Program-made: the position numbers and the translations under genes
Origin: Eledone cirrhosa
Taxonomy: Eukaryota
Assembly: GCA_964016885.1 (NCBI GenBank)
Contig: OZ024757.1
Coordinates: forward strand, 39,928,001-39,992,000
DNA length: 64,000 nucleotides
Direction: 5' to 3'
The notes under the pieces: generated by a model
The model's input: the letters and a program-made list of their open reading frames with translations, nothing else
Told to the model about the DNA's origin: nothing
Database searches by the model: none
Shown: piece by piece, positions 1 to 17,339 of the stretch
Numbering within the stretch: position 1 is the first letter of the stretch
Layout: each line of letters starts with the position of its first letter

Positions 1-76
1 GCAGTGATTTAGCGTACAGGTGTGTGTGTTTGCATGTATGTATGAATATGAATATATATATATATATATATAAATA

Positions 77-215
77 TAGTATTAATAGATGCGAAGACTA
101 AAATCCGAAGAGGGATCATAGCAAGGACTAAAACAGTTTCATTCGAAAGAAATCACCTAGAAGGTCTTACTTTCCTGATGATTTCTTACGAATAAAACAG
201 CTCTAGTCCTAATCC
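77..215. mobile_element. Family D tail joined to diverged family B fold-back
   Basis: aggactaaaacagtttcattcgaaagaaatca is inverted against tgatttcttacgaataaaacagctctagtcct (CTGATGA at ~175). Bases 77-120 match the start of 30892 and 39268. Confidence 0.6.
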
Positions 216-399
216 TGTATAAGTCATGAACATTAGGTCTAGAATCTCAACCAAGGTTTTGCAACTATTCTATAGGGTGCAATAAAACAATGATAATTCA
301 ATATTTTTATAGAATTTATTCAAATTTTAATTTGTTATATTTTTTCTTTTCCACATGTTTCATTTTCGTTTACATCTTAAAATAATAGATTATAAAAAT

Positions 400-525
400 C
401 TTTTGCTCAAATTTAGTATTAATTCGTCTTCTTTATCCTAAATAAAGCATTAAATTTTGAAGGGGTGCGAGAGCATATATAAAAATGTTTAGGGTTGCAG
501 GTGTGAAAATGGTTGGGAAACACTG
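400..525. mobile_element. Possible hAT-type MITE right end
   Basis: ggttgggaaacactg (511-525) is the reverse complement of a CAGTGTTTCCCAACC hAT/Charlie-like TIR. No clean left TIR was found. Confidence 0.3.
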
Positions 526-793
526 ATTTAAACAAAAGAACATTTTTTTTGTATTAGAAGAGTGAATTCAAGAATAGGAGAATCTAAAGACGAAATCTTG
601 TTAAAATGTTTCTGTGATTTCTTGCTTATTAAATGTATTTATAACTGGTAATAATAAGTATTATCAACTTGTAACTCATTCACTGACGTATGCAATTTGT
701 AATTAACTTTATTGTAATCATATAGTGATACTTGTTAGCGTCACTGTTTGCTTAGCGCTAATTATTAACCACTTATAATGAAAGCCTAGCTTC

Positions 794-3735
<2,942 letters not shown>

Positions 3736-4084
3736 ATAGATATACACACAAGTGTATATACGTTATTCACATCTGTTCTTGTCATATTCAATTTAAACAC
3801 GCCATTATTAAAGAAATATTATAAAACACAAATTATTACAAAACGTAACATATACATCTTTTTATATACCACAGGAAAAGAGGCTGCAAAATAGAATTAA
3901 TTGCATAAAATAAATACAGTCCATATAAACATATGCATTTAATGAATAGCTGACATAATAATCACTGTTTACTATCAATTAGCCACGTCTAGAAATATTC
4001 TTCGATATTAATTGTAAAAGTTGACAGACAAAATTTTGAAATATAATGTTATAAATGAAATAAAATATTTTACTATGTTCAATC

Positions 4085-4489
4085 ATTGGCCGTATAAGTA
4101 GAGTTCTGGGTCAGTATGATTGGCAGCGTAGAGTTATGTCATTTTATGTTCTGAGTTCAAATCTTGTTTGGGTTAGCTTTACCTTTCCTCCTTACGGGGT
4201 CGATAAAGTAAAGTACCAGTAATTCCCTGCGGTCGATTTAATTGTCTTTCTCTTCCCCAAAGATTGTTGGCCTTGTGCCTAAATCAGAATTCATTATCGA
4301 TACAAAGACATGGCGCTGGATCGGCAATATAGGTAGATCATCGATCAATATCCTTCGCAGTTTAGAGGTACGAACTACGGGGTCAATAAAGTAAAGTACC
4401 AGTAACTTACTGGGGGTCGATGTAATCGATTTTCCCCTCTTCCAACATCGTAGGCCTTGTGCCTAAATCAGAAACTATTATTATTATTA
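4085..4489 (+). mobile_element. Two tandem diverged tRNA-derived SINEs (SINE-1 family)
   Basis: B-box-like gagttcaaatc, body cctttc.tccttacggggtcgataaa..aagtaccagt, 3' ggccttgtgcctaaatcagaa and (TAT)n tail. The second copy (4316-4489) is internally deleted. Confidence 0.75.
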
Positions 4490-5261
4490 CTTTCTTGAAT
4501 GTCTTGTTTCACAAACACTATAATTACATCACTTAGACAATAAATTGAGATATATACTCCATCTAGCAATCCGATCCATCTTTCTAAGAACACTTAACTC
4601 GTAACGGAAATGTAGAGGTGCTCTTGTGTCATCTTAAACCTGTTTTGTCATATACCTTCTGGTGTAGGACAGAAAAAAGGAGAGACAACTTAAATTAGTC
4701 ACCTAGGAGGGCACAAAATATGAAGAAAGAGCTTTGACAATCAACAAATAAACAATCATCCGGTTATAAAACTAACCATCAGGAAATTTATAAATAATTG
4801 AAATGATAATCATCAGGTGCGTGTGTTTTTGTTGACTCTTCCAAAGTATAGCAAGATCTGTTCATCTGTTTCAACACAAGTTTTCAGAAAAGAAATCTTG
4901 CAACACAAACACAAAAATAAATCACGTAAGGATGAAAGAGAAAGCCGAACTTGAGAGTACTTGATTTGAGAGCGCAAATTCGGACGGAATGTGACTAGTA
5001 TTCTACTTGAGGTTCTAACGATAAATCGCTTCCCTATTAGACATGGAGTAATTTCAGAGAATTCTAAGAACAAGTTACCTGGCCGACTTTACGGTGATAG
5101 CAACATTCTGTATTCGGCTGTAACTATGTGATGTTTGTAATGGGGAAGAAGAATAAGACGAACTACGCTAACAGAAATCTCATGTTGAGGTATGAGGACT
5201 AGACTTAATTGCTAGTTGTGCTGACAACGCTAATGGAAACACGTATACAAGTTGAGGTGAG

Positions 5262-5467
5262 GAAGAAGAAGAAGAAGAGAAGAAGAAGAAGAAGAAGAAG
5301 AAGAAAAAGGCGAAGAAGAGGGCGAAGAAAAGGGCGAAGAAAAGGCGAAGAAGAAGGCGAAGAAGAAGGGGAAGGCGAAGGAGAAGGCGAAGAAGGCGAA
5401 GAAGAAGGCGAAGGCGAAGAAGAAGCAGAAGAAGGCGAAGAAGGCGAAGAAGAAGCAGAAGAAGAAT
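5262..5467. repeat. (GAA)n/(GAAGGC) repeat
   Basis: Direct reading. Confidence 0.95.
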
Positions 5468-5890
5468 CCAATGTTAGCCGCCATCTTACTTCTCACTTGA
5501 CTTGAAATTGACAGCCGAAACAATGATCTTCTATCGTAAATAAATCCAATGTTGCAGCCGAAATCCTAATCGTAATTCTATTTCTGAAATTATCAACATC
5601 TAATATTTAATTTTCATCACCCCAGATATATTATTGTTCCCCGCATGACAGAGTCTTCAGAGCACAGAACAAAACGTTTGGCGTTCTTTGTTCCAGTCAC
5701 ATGACTTCTGAATTGAATCTAGAGCCAAAACAACTGGTTGAATCGGTGGAACGTCAAAGAGAGGAGTGTCTTGTGAAATTTGATTTGCCCCACCCCACCT
5801 GAATTTTGCTTTCTGAGTTCGAAATACTAGTGTGGTGCACTTCTTAGGTGGTAGTATTAATATATACCCTATACACCCTGGTTCCTGGTT

Positions 5891-6266
5891 CACCACTACC
5901 ACACCACTACACTACACCAGCAGCACCTCCGTCACCACCACTACATCATTTCAACACCACCGCCGCCACTACCACAAACATCAACACTACATCACCGCCA
6001 CCTCTGCCGCCACCAGCACCACCACAACTCTACCACCGCCACCGAGCCATTGCTAACCTCGCCATAACCGCCCCCTCCCAACCCTCGGTCACCCCTCCAC
6101 CACCACCCTCGACCACTGCAAACCCCACCACCAATACCAGCACCCTCTGCCACCACAAACCCGACTACCAATACTACCACCAGCACCCTCACCACCACAA
6201 ACCCCACCACTAACACCACCACCACCACCTCCACAAAGCCCACCACCAACACCACCATCACCACCA
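5891..6266. repeat. Degenerate (CAC)n repeat
   Basis: Direct reading. Confidence 0.9.
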
Positions 6267-6677
6267 TTTATTGATATCACGTGGTTATTACGTTGAAACA
6301 TAAATCCTTACATGTAGTAAAAGCAATGAGATAGAAACCTGTTTCCAGACAATTACAGCTGGTATTGTTCAAACAGCATTTAAAAGTGTATCGCGAGGAC
6401 TTATTGATTCTCACTGAACTGAAAGGAGTTAATTTTGTGGGCGTTATATAGCGGAGAGAACCGCATCCAATATAACATAATAGCATATTTTACCAGGAAA
6501 CAATGATATATCTCAAATACATTCAGCAGCACTAACTTACATTTACAGGATCCCAATTAAACAATTTATTTTCTTCGCATTGTAGTTGTGATGAATCTAT
6601 ATGTAAGGGCCCGTAACTCCTTAGGGAGTCGTATAGGTGCGGCAGTGACATACGGTATTTATAAAAACAAACATTTT

Positions 6678-6718
<41 letters not shown>

Positions 6719-6721
<3 letters not shown>

Positions 6722-6882
6722 GGAAAAGAGTCAGGACCCCGAGGCAGCTCTGCCGTTTTCAAACGGCCGAAGCTCAGCCGTTGGGGTGCTGACTCTTTTC
6801 CTATTACCCACTCTACTACCCTAAATATCGAGTACTCTGGTGAATTATGGTCCACCTGGTTTCTTACCACACTTTCTTTGCT
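6719..6882 (+). mobile_element. Family A hairpin+tail element
   Basis: The aggaaaagagtcag...ctgactcttttcct hairpin and tail (cccactctactaccctaa.tatcgagtactctggtg..ttatggtccacctgg) match copies at 11788, 20999 and 54005. (TA)n flanks. Confidence 0.8.
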
Positions 6883-6999
6883 ATATATAGAATAGAATAA
6901 ACGAGGAAGTTTCTTATACATATGAAAGATATTCACTGCGTATCGACCTTTTACTCGCGTTTTGCAGAGGATTGGCTCAAGGTGACACATAGGAGTTAT

Positions 7000-7197
7000 G
7001 GACCCGCTTCCAATATCGATCTGCTTCTCAGACTGGTGATGCGACAATATATATTCTGAGTCCAGTAATAGTCGTCGAAACGGCTTGAGCTCTGCCGTCG
7101 GGGTCATACTTTTTCCTATTTCCCACTCTAATACCCTAAGTATTGAGAACTCTGGTGTGTTATGGTCCACCTGGTTCCTTACCACAATTCCTTTGTT
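7000..7197 (+). mobile_element. Family A element without fold-back arm, with longer 5' part and degenerate HHR core
   Basis: CTGGTGA(7033)-tgcgac...gtcgtc-GAAA-cggc/ttgagctct/gccg-TC-ggggtc, then the family A tail. Confidence 0.7.
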
Positions 7198-7236
7198 ATA
7201 TATTTATATATATATATATATATATATTTATATAGT

Positions 7237-7552
7237 GTAAAGACCTCCTGTCACGAATGATCATGGGATTTCTACCTAGAAAGTTCTCCGAAGCAGAAGT
7301 TCGGGAAAGGTTGTTTGTGGAAGACCAGCAGTCGCCCATACAAACCAGTCTCCCTCTCTATGTCACCAATGTTTTCCAAGAGAAAAGCAAGGATCGATAC
7401 AGCTTGGCACTAGAGACATCACAACTCATGTTTATAGCTAAGTTAACTGGAGCAACGTGAAATAACATGCCTTGCGCAAGGACACAACGCATCATCCGGT
7501 TTGAGAATCGAACTCATATCCTCCCGCTCTAACCACTAAATCATACACCTTC
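7237..7552 (-). mobile_element. Second tRNA-headed SINE family (SINE-2)
   Basis: actggagcaacgtgaaataa..tgccttgcgcaaggacacaacg...gagaatcgaactca...ctaaccactaa is a reverse-complemented tRNA-like head; homologous to 62340-62482. Confidence 0.65.
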
Positions 7553-7576
7553 GCTTATATATATATATATATATAC

Positions 7577-7833
7577 AAGTCTTGGGTCTACCTGGAGAGA
7601 GACTCTCCGATCTCCGAGCTATACACTTCATCCAATAACGTTACTCCAAAGACCCTTCGGATGAACTCCATCTCGGCCGCTTGTATTCTCAATCGTATTC
7701 CTTCTGTCATTACCCAAAATTTATGACCACAGGTAAGGGTTGGCACGAATACAAAATTGAAGATAGCAAGTTACGTTTTTACACCTACCTCCCTTCTTCT
7801 GATTACCGAATACTGAAGCTGGTGCATTATTGC
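7577..7833 (-). mobile_element. RTE-clade (Rex3/Expander-like) LINE ORF fragment, disrupted
   Basis: Manual translation AIMHQLQYSVIRRREVGVKT*LAIFNFVFVPTLTCGHKFWVMTEGIRLRIQAAEMEFIRRVFGVTLLDEVYSSEIGESL resembles the post-RT region of Rex3/Expander elements (VPTLTYGHE.WVMTER.RSRIQAAEM.FLRRV, recalled). In-frame stop. Confidence 0.8.
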
Positions 7834-8451
7834 AATAAATATATTACGCACTAGTACTTATTTTATCGATCCTCGAGAGATAAGCTACAAAGACCTGTTC
7901 ACGAAATTTGAATTTAGTTAAATGATGATATTAGAATCTCCTCGCATAAAATCTCTCCCGCAGGCTTTATATGTTTATATGTTTCGACATCAAGATATAT
8001 GACTGCAATATTTCTTATTTCTTACATAACCATTACGTATAACACATTCTGTAGCAATATATTCAGAGGTTGAATTTATAAAATATATTTTCTTTATAAA
8101 TCACCTTTGGGCATTTAACAGACGATATACAGACTCATTTTCATATCGTTTGCAGATAAGAAATAATCCCCCCTCCTTTTTTGATAGGAGGGTAGTTTAT
8201 CACAGTAAACATCCCAGGTGAGCTATTACTAATTACCTCCGAATGGCACATGAAATGAGGCGAGTAAAACAAATGATATAAAAACAATGAAAAATAGCAG
8301 AGTTGAAGTTAGCAAAAGACTCACAAATATATTATTCTCTGGTTCATCTCTTGAAAGTTTCTTATAATTTAGTTTTAAGATACAATATATTATTTCTATA
8401 TCATTTCTTGAAAAAAAAAGAAGTATTTTAAGCATTCGTGAGTTTCATATC

Positions 8452-8852
8452 GAATAATAATTATTCCTACTTTTGGCACAAGGCCAGCAATTATCTCAGT
8501 GCATTACTGGTGCTTTATTTTATCGAGCCCGTAAGGACGAAAGGCAAAGTTAATCTCGGCGGGATTTGAACTCAGACCATAAAGGGCCGTAACTCTTTGC
8601 TGCAAAGCATGGCGCCAGACCCACTACCGATACTGCCAATAATAATTTCTACTATAGGCCAGCAATTTTGGGAAAAGGGGAAAGTCGATTTAATCGACCC
8701 CAGTGCATTACTGGTGCTTTGTTTATCGACCCTGTAAGGTTGAAAGGGAAAGCTAACCGTGGCAGGATTTGAACTCAGAACATAAAGCTCTGTAACTCTA
8801 TGCAGGCAAGCATGAGGTTCGACGCTCTACCGATTCTGCCAATCCATCACCC
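8452..8852 (-). mobile_element. Tandem SINE-1 pair (short form 8452-8640, long form 8641-8852)
   Basis: Reverse complement of the 39053 and 57738 copies, including A-box-like tggcagtatcgg and B-box gagttcaaatccc. Confidence 0.85.
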
Positions 8853-10303
8853 TCATAATAATAATAATATTCGATTTATTTTCAAGTAAACAGCCTCATT
8901 ACGCTCTGTTTTTTAGATGACTATCGCTATCCTTTTGTTCAATTGGTGTCCTCTTCTACCACCGCTACGACATTGCAGATCATAAGTGCAGCAGCAATAG
9001 AAAGATATAAACACGAACAGACTTTGTTTCATACCTGTGAAAGTAGATTGGGAAAAATTATGCTAGAAATATTCGCTTCTCCAGTGATTAAGGACTCAGC
9101 TTCAGAAATATCATACTAAGGGTTTAGCCTCACAGAATGTCATCTTGGACATGTATCTGTATCCCGATTCTAAACCGAGCCATACCATGTAAAAAACTAC
9201 TTTTGTTGAGAGAAGATGTTTGGAAGCCTCTCTGATAGCTGAAACTAGTAATGCAAAGGTCCAATGTAGTTACATTTGCATCACGTTGGCTCTGATTGAG
9301 AATTAAAATGTTTACAGCGGAGTTGTACATTGTAAGGGTGAATCCGTTTCTACGTATTCCTTAAATCATGAGTGGGTCTTTGAAGCAACTGAATATTTAT
9401 CATGAAAACTGATGTAAAATGTATCACATTTTCTTATTTCGTAACATCCAGCGTTTCTCACGTGCAATAGAAATATGAAGCCCTTTTGATACACCTGAAG
9501 GTGACAACCATTAATATTCTGAGTTAGTTGAAATAGAATAAAATTCCTCCCTACTTATTCCTTAAATCATGAGTGGGATTTTGAAACAACTGAATGGCCA
9601 TCATGAACACTGGTGTAAGATATATTACATCCAGGGGTTTCTCAAACAATATAAATTTGAACCTTTCTTTCATTCGCCTCACGACGTCAGTCATTAATGT
9701 TCCGAGATATTTGAAGTCAGAAAATGGCTACAGTGGAAAGAAAACCTTTCACCGTTTCTCGTACCAAGGTCGACAACAGTGATGATGACAAATGTCAGAT
9801 TAACCAAGTAAAATTCTAGGGCAAAAAAAATATAAATGCAAAAAGAAACTCCACCTAAACAAATAAAACGATTTCAAAATAAATGAAAAGGAAATATGTT
9901 GAAATGAATTATGATTAAAATACATATGTAAGTATAGAAAGAAATATATATTATATGGACAATTGTTAACGAACAATGGCTGAAAAGTATTTGGTGAGGA
10001 AACCGTTTCAATAATTCTTTGACATAGCAATCATACACGTAGAACACATACATATAGAAACACATATACATATACACACACTCATACACATACGAACACC
10101 TTGCCTTCACAGATACATAGAAATACCTACATCTACACAGACACAGACACATACACATTATCCTATATTCTAAAAGATAAAAGGAAATAGAATTATTATG
10201 GAATATTGCGATTCAAAAGCACGAGGAAAAGAGAAAAATAGTAAAGATTTAAATGCAGATGAAAAGAATATATATAATAGATATTGTACGGGATAACACG
10301 TAA

Positions 10304-10304
10304 G

Positions 10305-10338
<34 letters not shown>

Positions 10339-10691
10339 ATACATATATACATATATAAATACATATATGAAATATATACATATATACATATATAAATACA
10401 TATATACATATATAAATACATAAATACATATATACATATATAAATACATATATGAAATATATACATATATACATATATAAATACATAAAGGAAATATATA
10501 CATATATACATATATAAATATATATATGAAATATATACATATATACATATATAAATATATATATGAAATATATACATATATACATATATAAATATATATA
10601 TGAAATATATACATATATACATATATAAATACATATATGAAATATATACATATATACATATATAAATACATATATGAAATATATACATATA

Positions 10692-10729
<38 letters not shown>

Positions 10730-11010
10730 TGAAATATATACATATATACATATATGAAATATATACATATATACATATATATATGAAATATATACATATA
10801 CATATATACATATATGAAATATATACATATATATACATATATGAAATATATACATATATATACATATATGAAATATATACATATATATACATATATGAAA
10901 TATATACATATATATACATATATGAAATATATACATATATGAAACATATATATATATACACACATATGAAATATATATATAGATATACTGTATATATATA
11001 TATATATATG
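10304..11010. repeat. TA-derived minisatellite (atatatacatatatgaa-type units)
   Basis: Recurrent gaaatatatacatatatacatat units. Confidence 0.92.
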
Positions 11011-11560
11011 AAACATAAAGCAAGATTCCATGTTTCAATAACTATTTTTGTTGTATTCATCTCTTTATATATTTAATTGTAAGAAACTAAACGTAGCCAC
11101 GATATTGATCCGAAAATCGAAAACGACAATGATCGTATTTTGCGATAGTTTGCACTCATATGTTTAAGAAATTCTCAGAAAAATCACAGAGAACTGAGAT
11201 CATAGAGAAATTCTAGATTTTACAACTGCTTCGTATTTGATTTGTCAAAAGTCGAGCGCCATCTGTCGATTGTTTGTGAATGAGGGTTATCTTTTCCTTT
11301 CGTTCTACATCAAAAATCAATATATAAAGAGTGTCTCAAAAAGATTTTATAGACATTTTGATTACCTGTACAAGCAATATTAATTTGAATGCACAGTCAT
11401 AAGACAAACATTTTATTAGGACGCCATGCATATATATATATGTATATATATACTTCAATGAAAAAAGAAGGACGGGTAACCATATGTCCCTTTAAATTGG
11501 TACAATTACACAATACATATTTCTATCAACCGCTTATGTCATCAGACCATGACGCAACTT

Positions 11561-11603
<43 letters not shown>

Positions 11604-11787
11604 ATAAAGCCTGTAGTGTCGAAATTTGGGATGAGAGACTACAAATCAGGGTAGCACTCAATGCATGGCAAAAAGAAGAGTGGTTTTAAAGAAAGCTAAA
11701 AACCTAATCGCGAGTCCTAGCTATTTCAAATTGTATGCATATTCAGAAAGCATTTTCAATGGAGTGCTCATATATATATATATATAT

Positions 11788-11967
11788 AGGAACAAGTATG
11801 ACCCCGACGGCAGAACTCAAGCCGTTTCGACGGCTATTAGCCGTCGAAACGGCTTGAGCTTTGCCGTCGGGGTCATGCTTTTTACTATTTCCCACTCTAC
11901 TACCCTAAGTATTGAGTACTCTGGTGCGTTATGGTCCATCTGGTTCCTTACCACAATTCCTTTGTTA
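11788..11967 (+). mobile_element. Family A hairpin+tail element
   Basis: ~48-bp inverted arms centred on ggcta-t-tagcc, same tail, (TA)n on both sides. Confidence 0.85.
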
Positions 11968-12015
<48 letters not shown>

Positions 12016-12366
12016 TGTGTGTGTGGTGGGGAAATTTCAATACATCTTAAACGGATATGTTTGTGCTGTACAATATTATAACCTAGTCGTTTCTATCTGT
12101 TCAATATCGAGATAAGATGTACTTATATAAAAGTGTATATTTGGTGATCAATTACACATAGCACAAATATATGTGTGTGTGTATACATATATATATATAT
12201 ATATATATATGATGATATTGATAAAGAGTAATATACATTTATTGGTGTAGATAGTTGCTAATATCTTCCATATACACACTTCAATATTTACATATGACAC
12301 TCGTACTTACAAATATATGTAAGCCACGTTTTCATTATAATATGAGATTCAGCACACCCGCCCACC

Positions 12367-12409
<43 letters not shown>

Positions 12410-12709
12410 GGGGGCTTAGAAAGTGTCGATGCCTGACGTGTGAGCTTTTGCCATTTCAAAAGCAAGTTCATATATATCCATAGGTGTGGACGGAATTTAA
12501 GGTCCTCACTCGAGCACGAGCTCCACATACAGGCATAGAAAGGTCCTTCCTCTACGACATTATCAGAGGTTCCCAACAGATTCCTTGATGTTTAATCCGA
12601 AATATACTAGAGACTGACATATATATATTTGCAAGGCAGCATTATCTCGTATTCCATGCCAGATTTTGTTACCTCAATATTTACAACTCTCTCTCTCAGA
12701 GAGAGTGAG

Positions 12710-12760
<51 letters not shown>

Positions 12761-12969
12761 GAGAGAAAGAGAGAGAGAGAGAGTGAGAGAGAGAGACTTG
12801 TATCTTTGTGCGCATAGAGAATGATAGATATTGTTATGGAATGACACGCATATATAATATATATTGATATACATAGATAGATAGACAGATATGCACCTAT
12901 TCCTTTCTCTCTCTCTCTCGGATATATATATTTATATATATACATAATATAATATAAAATCATATAATA

Positions 12970-13026
<57 letters not shown>

Positions 13027-13339
13027 AGAGACACACGCAGAGAGTTATAGAAACAGAAAGCGTGATAAGATGTATAGACAGTGAGTTAAGTATATATATA
13101 TATATGGAGGTGGATATACAAAATACACCCATGAACATCGTTCATCATGGCGTATACACTGTTTTATTTTCTGACGGAAAGAGACATTAATTCTGAAGAA
13201 CAACATGAGATAAGAACAGTTTTATGCCAAGAACATAGCGTTGATGTATATTTGATATTTATCTAAAGCCTGAAAACTAAGAACGAAACATACTGAAAGC
13301 ATCTTCTACCTTGTAGAATGTATATTTTATAATGTTTTA

Positions 13340-13737
13340 GTCTGTGTATGTGTATGTGTGTATATATGCCTCTTTGTGCGTGTCACTGTGTGTCTCTCTC
13401 TCTCTCTGTATGTCTGTATGTGTCTGTGTGTGTATCTGTGTGTATCTCTGTATGAGTGTGTACATATATGCCTCTGTGTGTGTGTGTCTGTGTGTGTGTG
13501 TGTCGTTGTCTGTGTGTGTCGTTGTCTGTGTGTCTGTGTGTATGTGCCTCTGTGTGTGTGTGTCTGTGTGTGTCTGTGTGTATGTGTGTGTATATATATA
13601 TATATGCTTGTGTGTGTGTGTCTCTGCCTCTCTCTCTTTGTGTGTGTGTGTCGTTGTCTGTGTAGGTATGTGCGTATCTGTGTGTGTGTGTGCGTGTGCG
13701 TGTGTGTGTATGTGTGTGCGTGTATGTGTGTGTGTAT
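13340..13737. repeat. Degenerate (GT)n tract
   Basis: Direct reading. Confidence 0.92.
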
Positions 13738-13830
13738 AGGGAAGTTGATATGCAGTATGTTTTTGTTAAGATCATCGACCAAAATGTAGATTTTTTCAAT
13801 AGAAGATATTCGTTTCGTTGCTCACTCACC

Positions 13831-13867
<37 letters not shown>

Positions 13868-14271
13868 TAAAAAAATAAGGAAGGAATTAAAAAGAAAGAA
13901 AAAAAATGAAAGAAAGAGAGAAAGAAGGAGGGAAAGAAGGAGGGAAAGAAAGAGAACAAAGGATAGATCTTATCTGATAAGTTTTATCAAGTGGAATATG
14001 GAGAGAAAAATATATCTAACAAAACAACACAATGTGATCTTCTGTGTTTACTGAGGCGATCACTTTTAATATTAAAGTATAGCAATAAATAAAGAGCAGC
14101 CACGCAACGGATGTATATATGTGTGTGTGTATATATAAATATATATATAGATATATAGATATATATATATATATACACTCACATATACACACATGAATTC
14201 ATAGTACATGTATATAAAATAAATGCATGCTACGTGTATATAAATACACATATAAATACAACCTACGTCCT

Positions 14272-14346
<75 letters not shown>

Positions 14347-15453
14347 AGTATATATATATATATATAGTAATATGTGTAGATATGAAAAGTGAAAACTGTG
14401 CTCAATCGAGAAGATTACAGAAGAGTCACTACTTTGATGCCTCTTGTTTTCGTTGTGTTTTGAACTCAGCGCCCAGAAAGCCGGATGAAATAGCTCTGTA
14501 GTGCTGATCCAACATTTTAAGCATTTAGTTATACATACCTTTCGGTTAAATGTGAGGGACCAGAAATGTGTGTCGCATTGATATACATATATATTAAGAT
14601 TAAGTTACATAAAACATTTGCTAGTGAAACTCTAGTGACATATAGCATTTGATGGGGATTTTAAACCTGGCGGAGCTCATCAGGTCTCCAAATAAGAACA
14701 AAAACTATTTGTTTAAGTGAGTAAGAATTGACTTCAGCATTTGAATGGTACTTTTGTTATTGATCTCGAAAAAGCTAAAGGCAAATTTAATGTCGTGTTT
14801 TGAAATCCGTGCTCAGAGAGTCGGCACAAATAGCTCTGTAGTGCTTATCAGAGGATTTCAGCATTTAGTTATACATTCCTTTGGGTTAACCTTAAGGGAG
14901 CAGAGGTGGATATCGCGTTGACGTACATAAAAGGGTAAGTTTCATAAAATATGTTCTAGTGTTATTTGGACAAGCTCAGTATAAAGACTAGGTTTATTAT
15001 ATTGCTTCATTTTGTGTTGGGGGAGGGTTTTATGGATCTGTAAACTACATGATTCCATTTCCCTAAATCTGAGCAAAATACTCAGATACATTTTACATAT
15101 ACCTACAAAGAAACCACTGGGTGTCTCTGTCGAACTCTCAAAACCTGGTTGAGGACTGAGTAGGCACAACGTGTCAAACACAGAGCCGACTTGGGAGGAG
15201 ACACGTGACAAGTTTTGTGGTTCATGCTAGCTGGGGAACACCTTTCTATGGATGCTCTATATTAAACTAGAGGAACTAACCTATATTTTATTTTAAGAGT
15301 AATGTTTTAGTTTCAATAATTTGACGATTAAAATAAAAGCATATAAATTTTAAAAGGGTATAAATAATATTCATTTAAAGTATATCCAACATATTAGAGT
15401 ATACTTAATAGTAAAATCCCTGCTTGGAAGATGTTAGCTTTAAGTTAACAAGC

Positions 15454-15517
<64 letters not shown>

Positions 15518-16271
15518 TGTATATTAATATTAATTTCATACATTCTATACCGTTTGATCATTCAGTTTCAACATATTTAAAATGAAAGCTATAGTAAATA
15601 TACCGATTAATGATAAAGGAAAATGAATCGCTTTTGATATACTTCCATACACATAAAGAGAAAAAGAAAGAAAAGGAGAGAGAGAGAGAGATATAGAGAG
15701 AGGGAGATAGAAAGCGAAAGAAAAAGAGACAGAGAAGGAAAACAGATGGAATGAGAGAAAAACACAGAGAGAGTGAGATAGAAAGAGAGAGAGAGAGAAA
15801 TACATTTCTTATCGAGTTAACTTTATTTAAACTAAGCGACCTTAGAAACTTTATTTTCAAATCCAGATATATTCAAACATAAATGGCATTGAAATAACTT
15901 TTATATAAATAAAAATTACGTATGAAAAAAAAAATTCAATTATAAAAGAGTTTTACTTGAAGCATTAGCTTTATCACCTCTATTCCGACATTTATTATGG
16001 AATAAAATTGGCCTTGTGTATATACGAGATTAGAATGCAAGAAAATGAATTTATTTTGAAATGAGAAATAAATTCACAAAAGAGATATAATAGTAATAAT
16101 AAATGGTATGGCATTAATGTAATGGCGGATTTATATTAACGTGTAGAAGAAATACTGTGTATGTTGTTGTTTTAGTTTAGTTTTTTCTTTTCTTTTTTCT
16201 TTCCCCCACGCCGTTTATATTTACTCACTGACATGGCAATTCTCCCCCTTTAAATATATATATTCACACAC

Positions 16272-16315
<44 letters not shown>

Positions 16316-16401
16316 GCACATTTATACATATAAATATACACATATATATATATACATTTATAGACACGTGTGTCTATACATGTATAGACATACACACACA
16401 C

Positions 16402-16435
<34 letters not shown>

Positions 16436-16511
16436 TTGTAGACGTGTTCAGAAGGAAAACCTACACATGGACATTTTTGAAGTAATGAAAAAACACTTAA
16501 CTGAGAAGAGT

Positions 16512-16581
<70 letters not shown>

Positions 16582-16583
16582 AA

Positions 16584-16615
<32 letters not shown>

Positions 16616-17339
16616 TGGAGTGAGTAAAAGAAACCGAACAAATGTAATGAAATGCTTATCTGATGTTTAATAAATGGAGAACGAAAAGTAAACATCAAAA
16701 AGAAAAAGAAAAAAACAGACCCCAAAAAACAAAACGAACAAACATACATAAAATATATATATGTTAAGAATAAAAACGTCTTTCTTTTCTGAAAAGGCGA
16801 TTTATCGTTTATTGTTTACGTTCAAATTCCACATGTGTGAAAAATAGTTGCTTTAATTTCCAGAAACACCTGAGAATCTTCTAGAGGGTGAAAAATAAAC
16901 AAATGAAAGTTGGTTGGGTATATTTGACAACTAAAGATTTATATTAACAAAAATTTATCATACATAGCTAAAATCCTGCTAAATTGTACTTCTTATATTT
17001 CTCTTTCTGTAAACCAATACCAGGATACCTGGATTTTAATTAAAAACTACTACTATATGTTGTATTAATATTACTTCATTTTGTGTTGTCAGATTTTCTA
17101 TGGCTTTGAGAAGTTCAGGAGTATTTTTCACAAATACATGGATTTAGGTTCGATTTCACTAAAGATAATCATATATTATCCAGCCCAGCCCGATGCTTTC
17201 TCTCTCTCCTGTTGCAGGATCCCTTCCCTGATTGACCTCTAACGTTTTTGGTTTTGGTCATGTCTTCATGGGTTTAGCCGCACACAATAGGCTTGGACAG
17301 TTGCTGGTTGGTGAGGCTATTTAGTCCAGAGTTGGAGCA

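Noticed and set aside
5209-5505. Arg/Glu-rich ORF, plus poly-Ser, Asp/Gly and Thr ORFs at 34783, 41256 and 20204
   Set aside because: Triplet microsatellites with no flanking coding signal or recognisable splice context.
6532-7185. 217-aa ORF with an internal repeat
   Set aside because: Antisense read-through of two family A elements and a TA tract.
8900-9060. Possible minus-strand exon after a strong acceptor (ttttcccaatctactttcacag)
   Set aside because: All frames are short or unrecognisable and no partner exon was found; it cannot be supported without RNA data.
14660-14690. Isolated CTGATGA/CTGAAGA/CTGACGA words (14677, 51792, 47615, 18843, 32727, 5655)
   Set aside because: No properly spaced GAAA with supported stems I-III.
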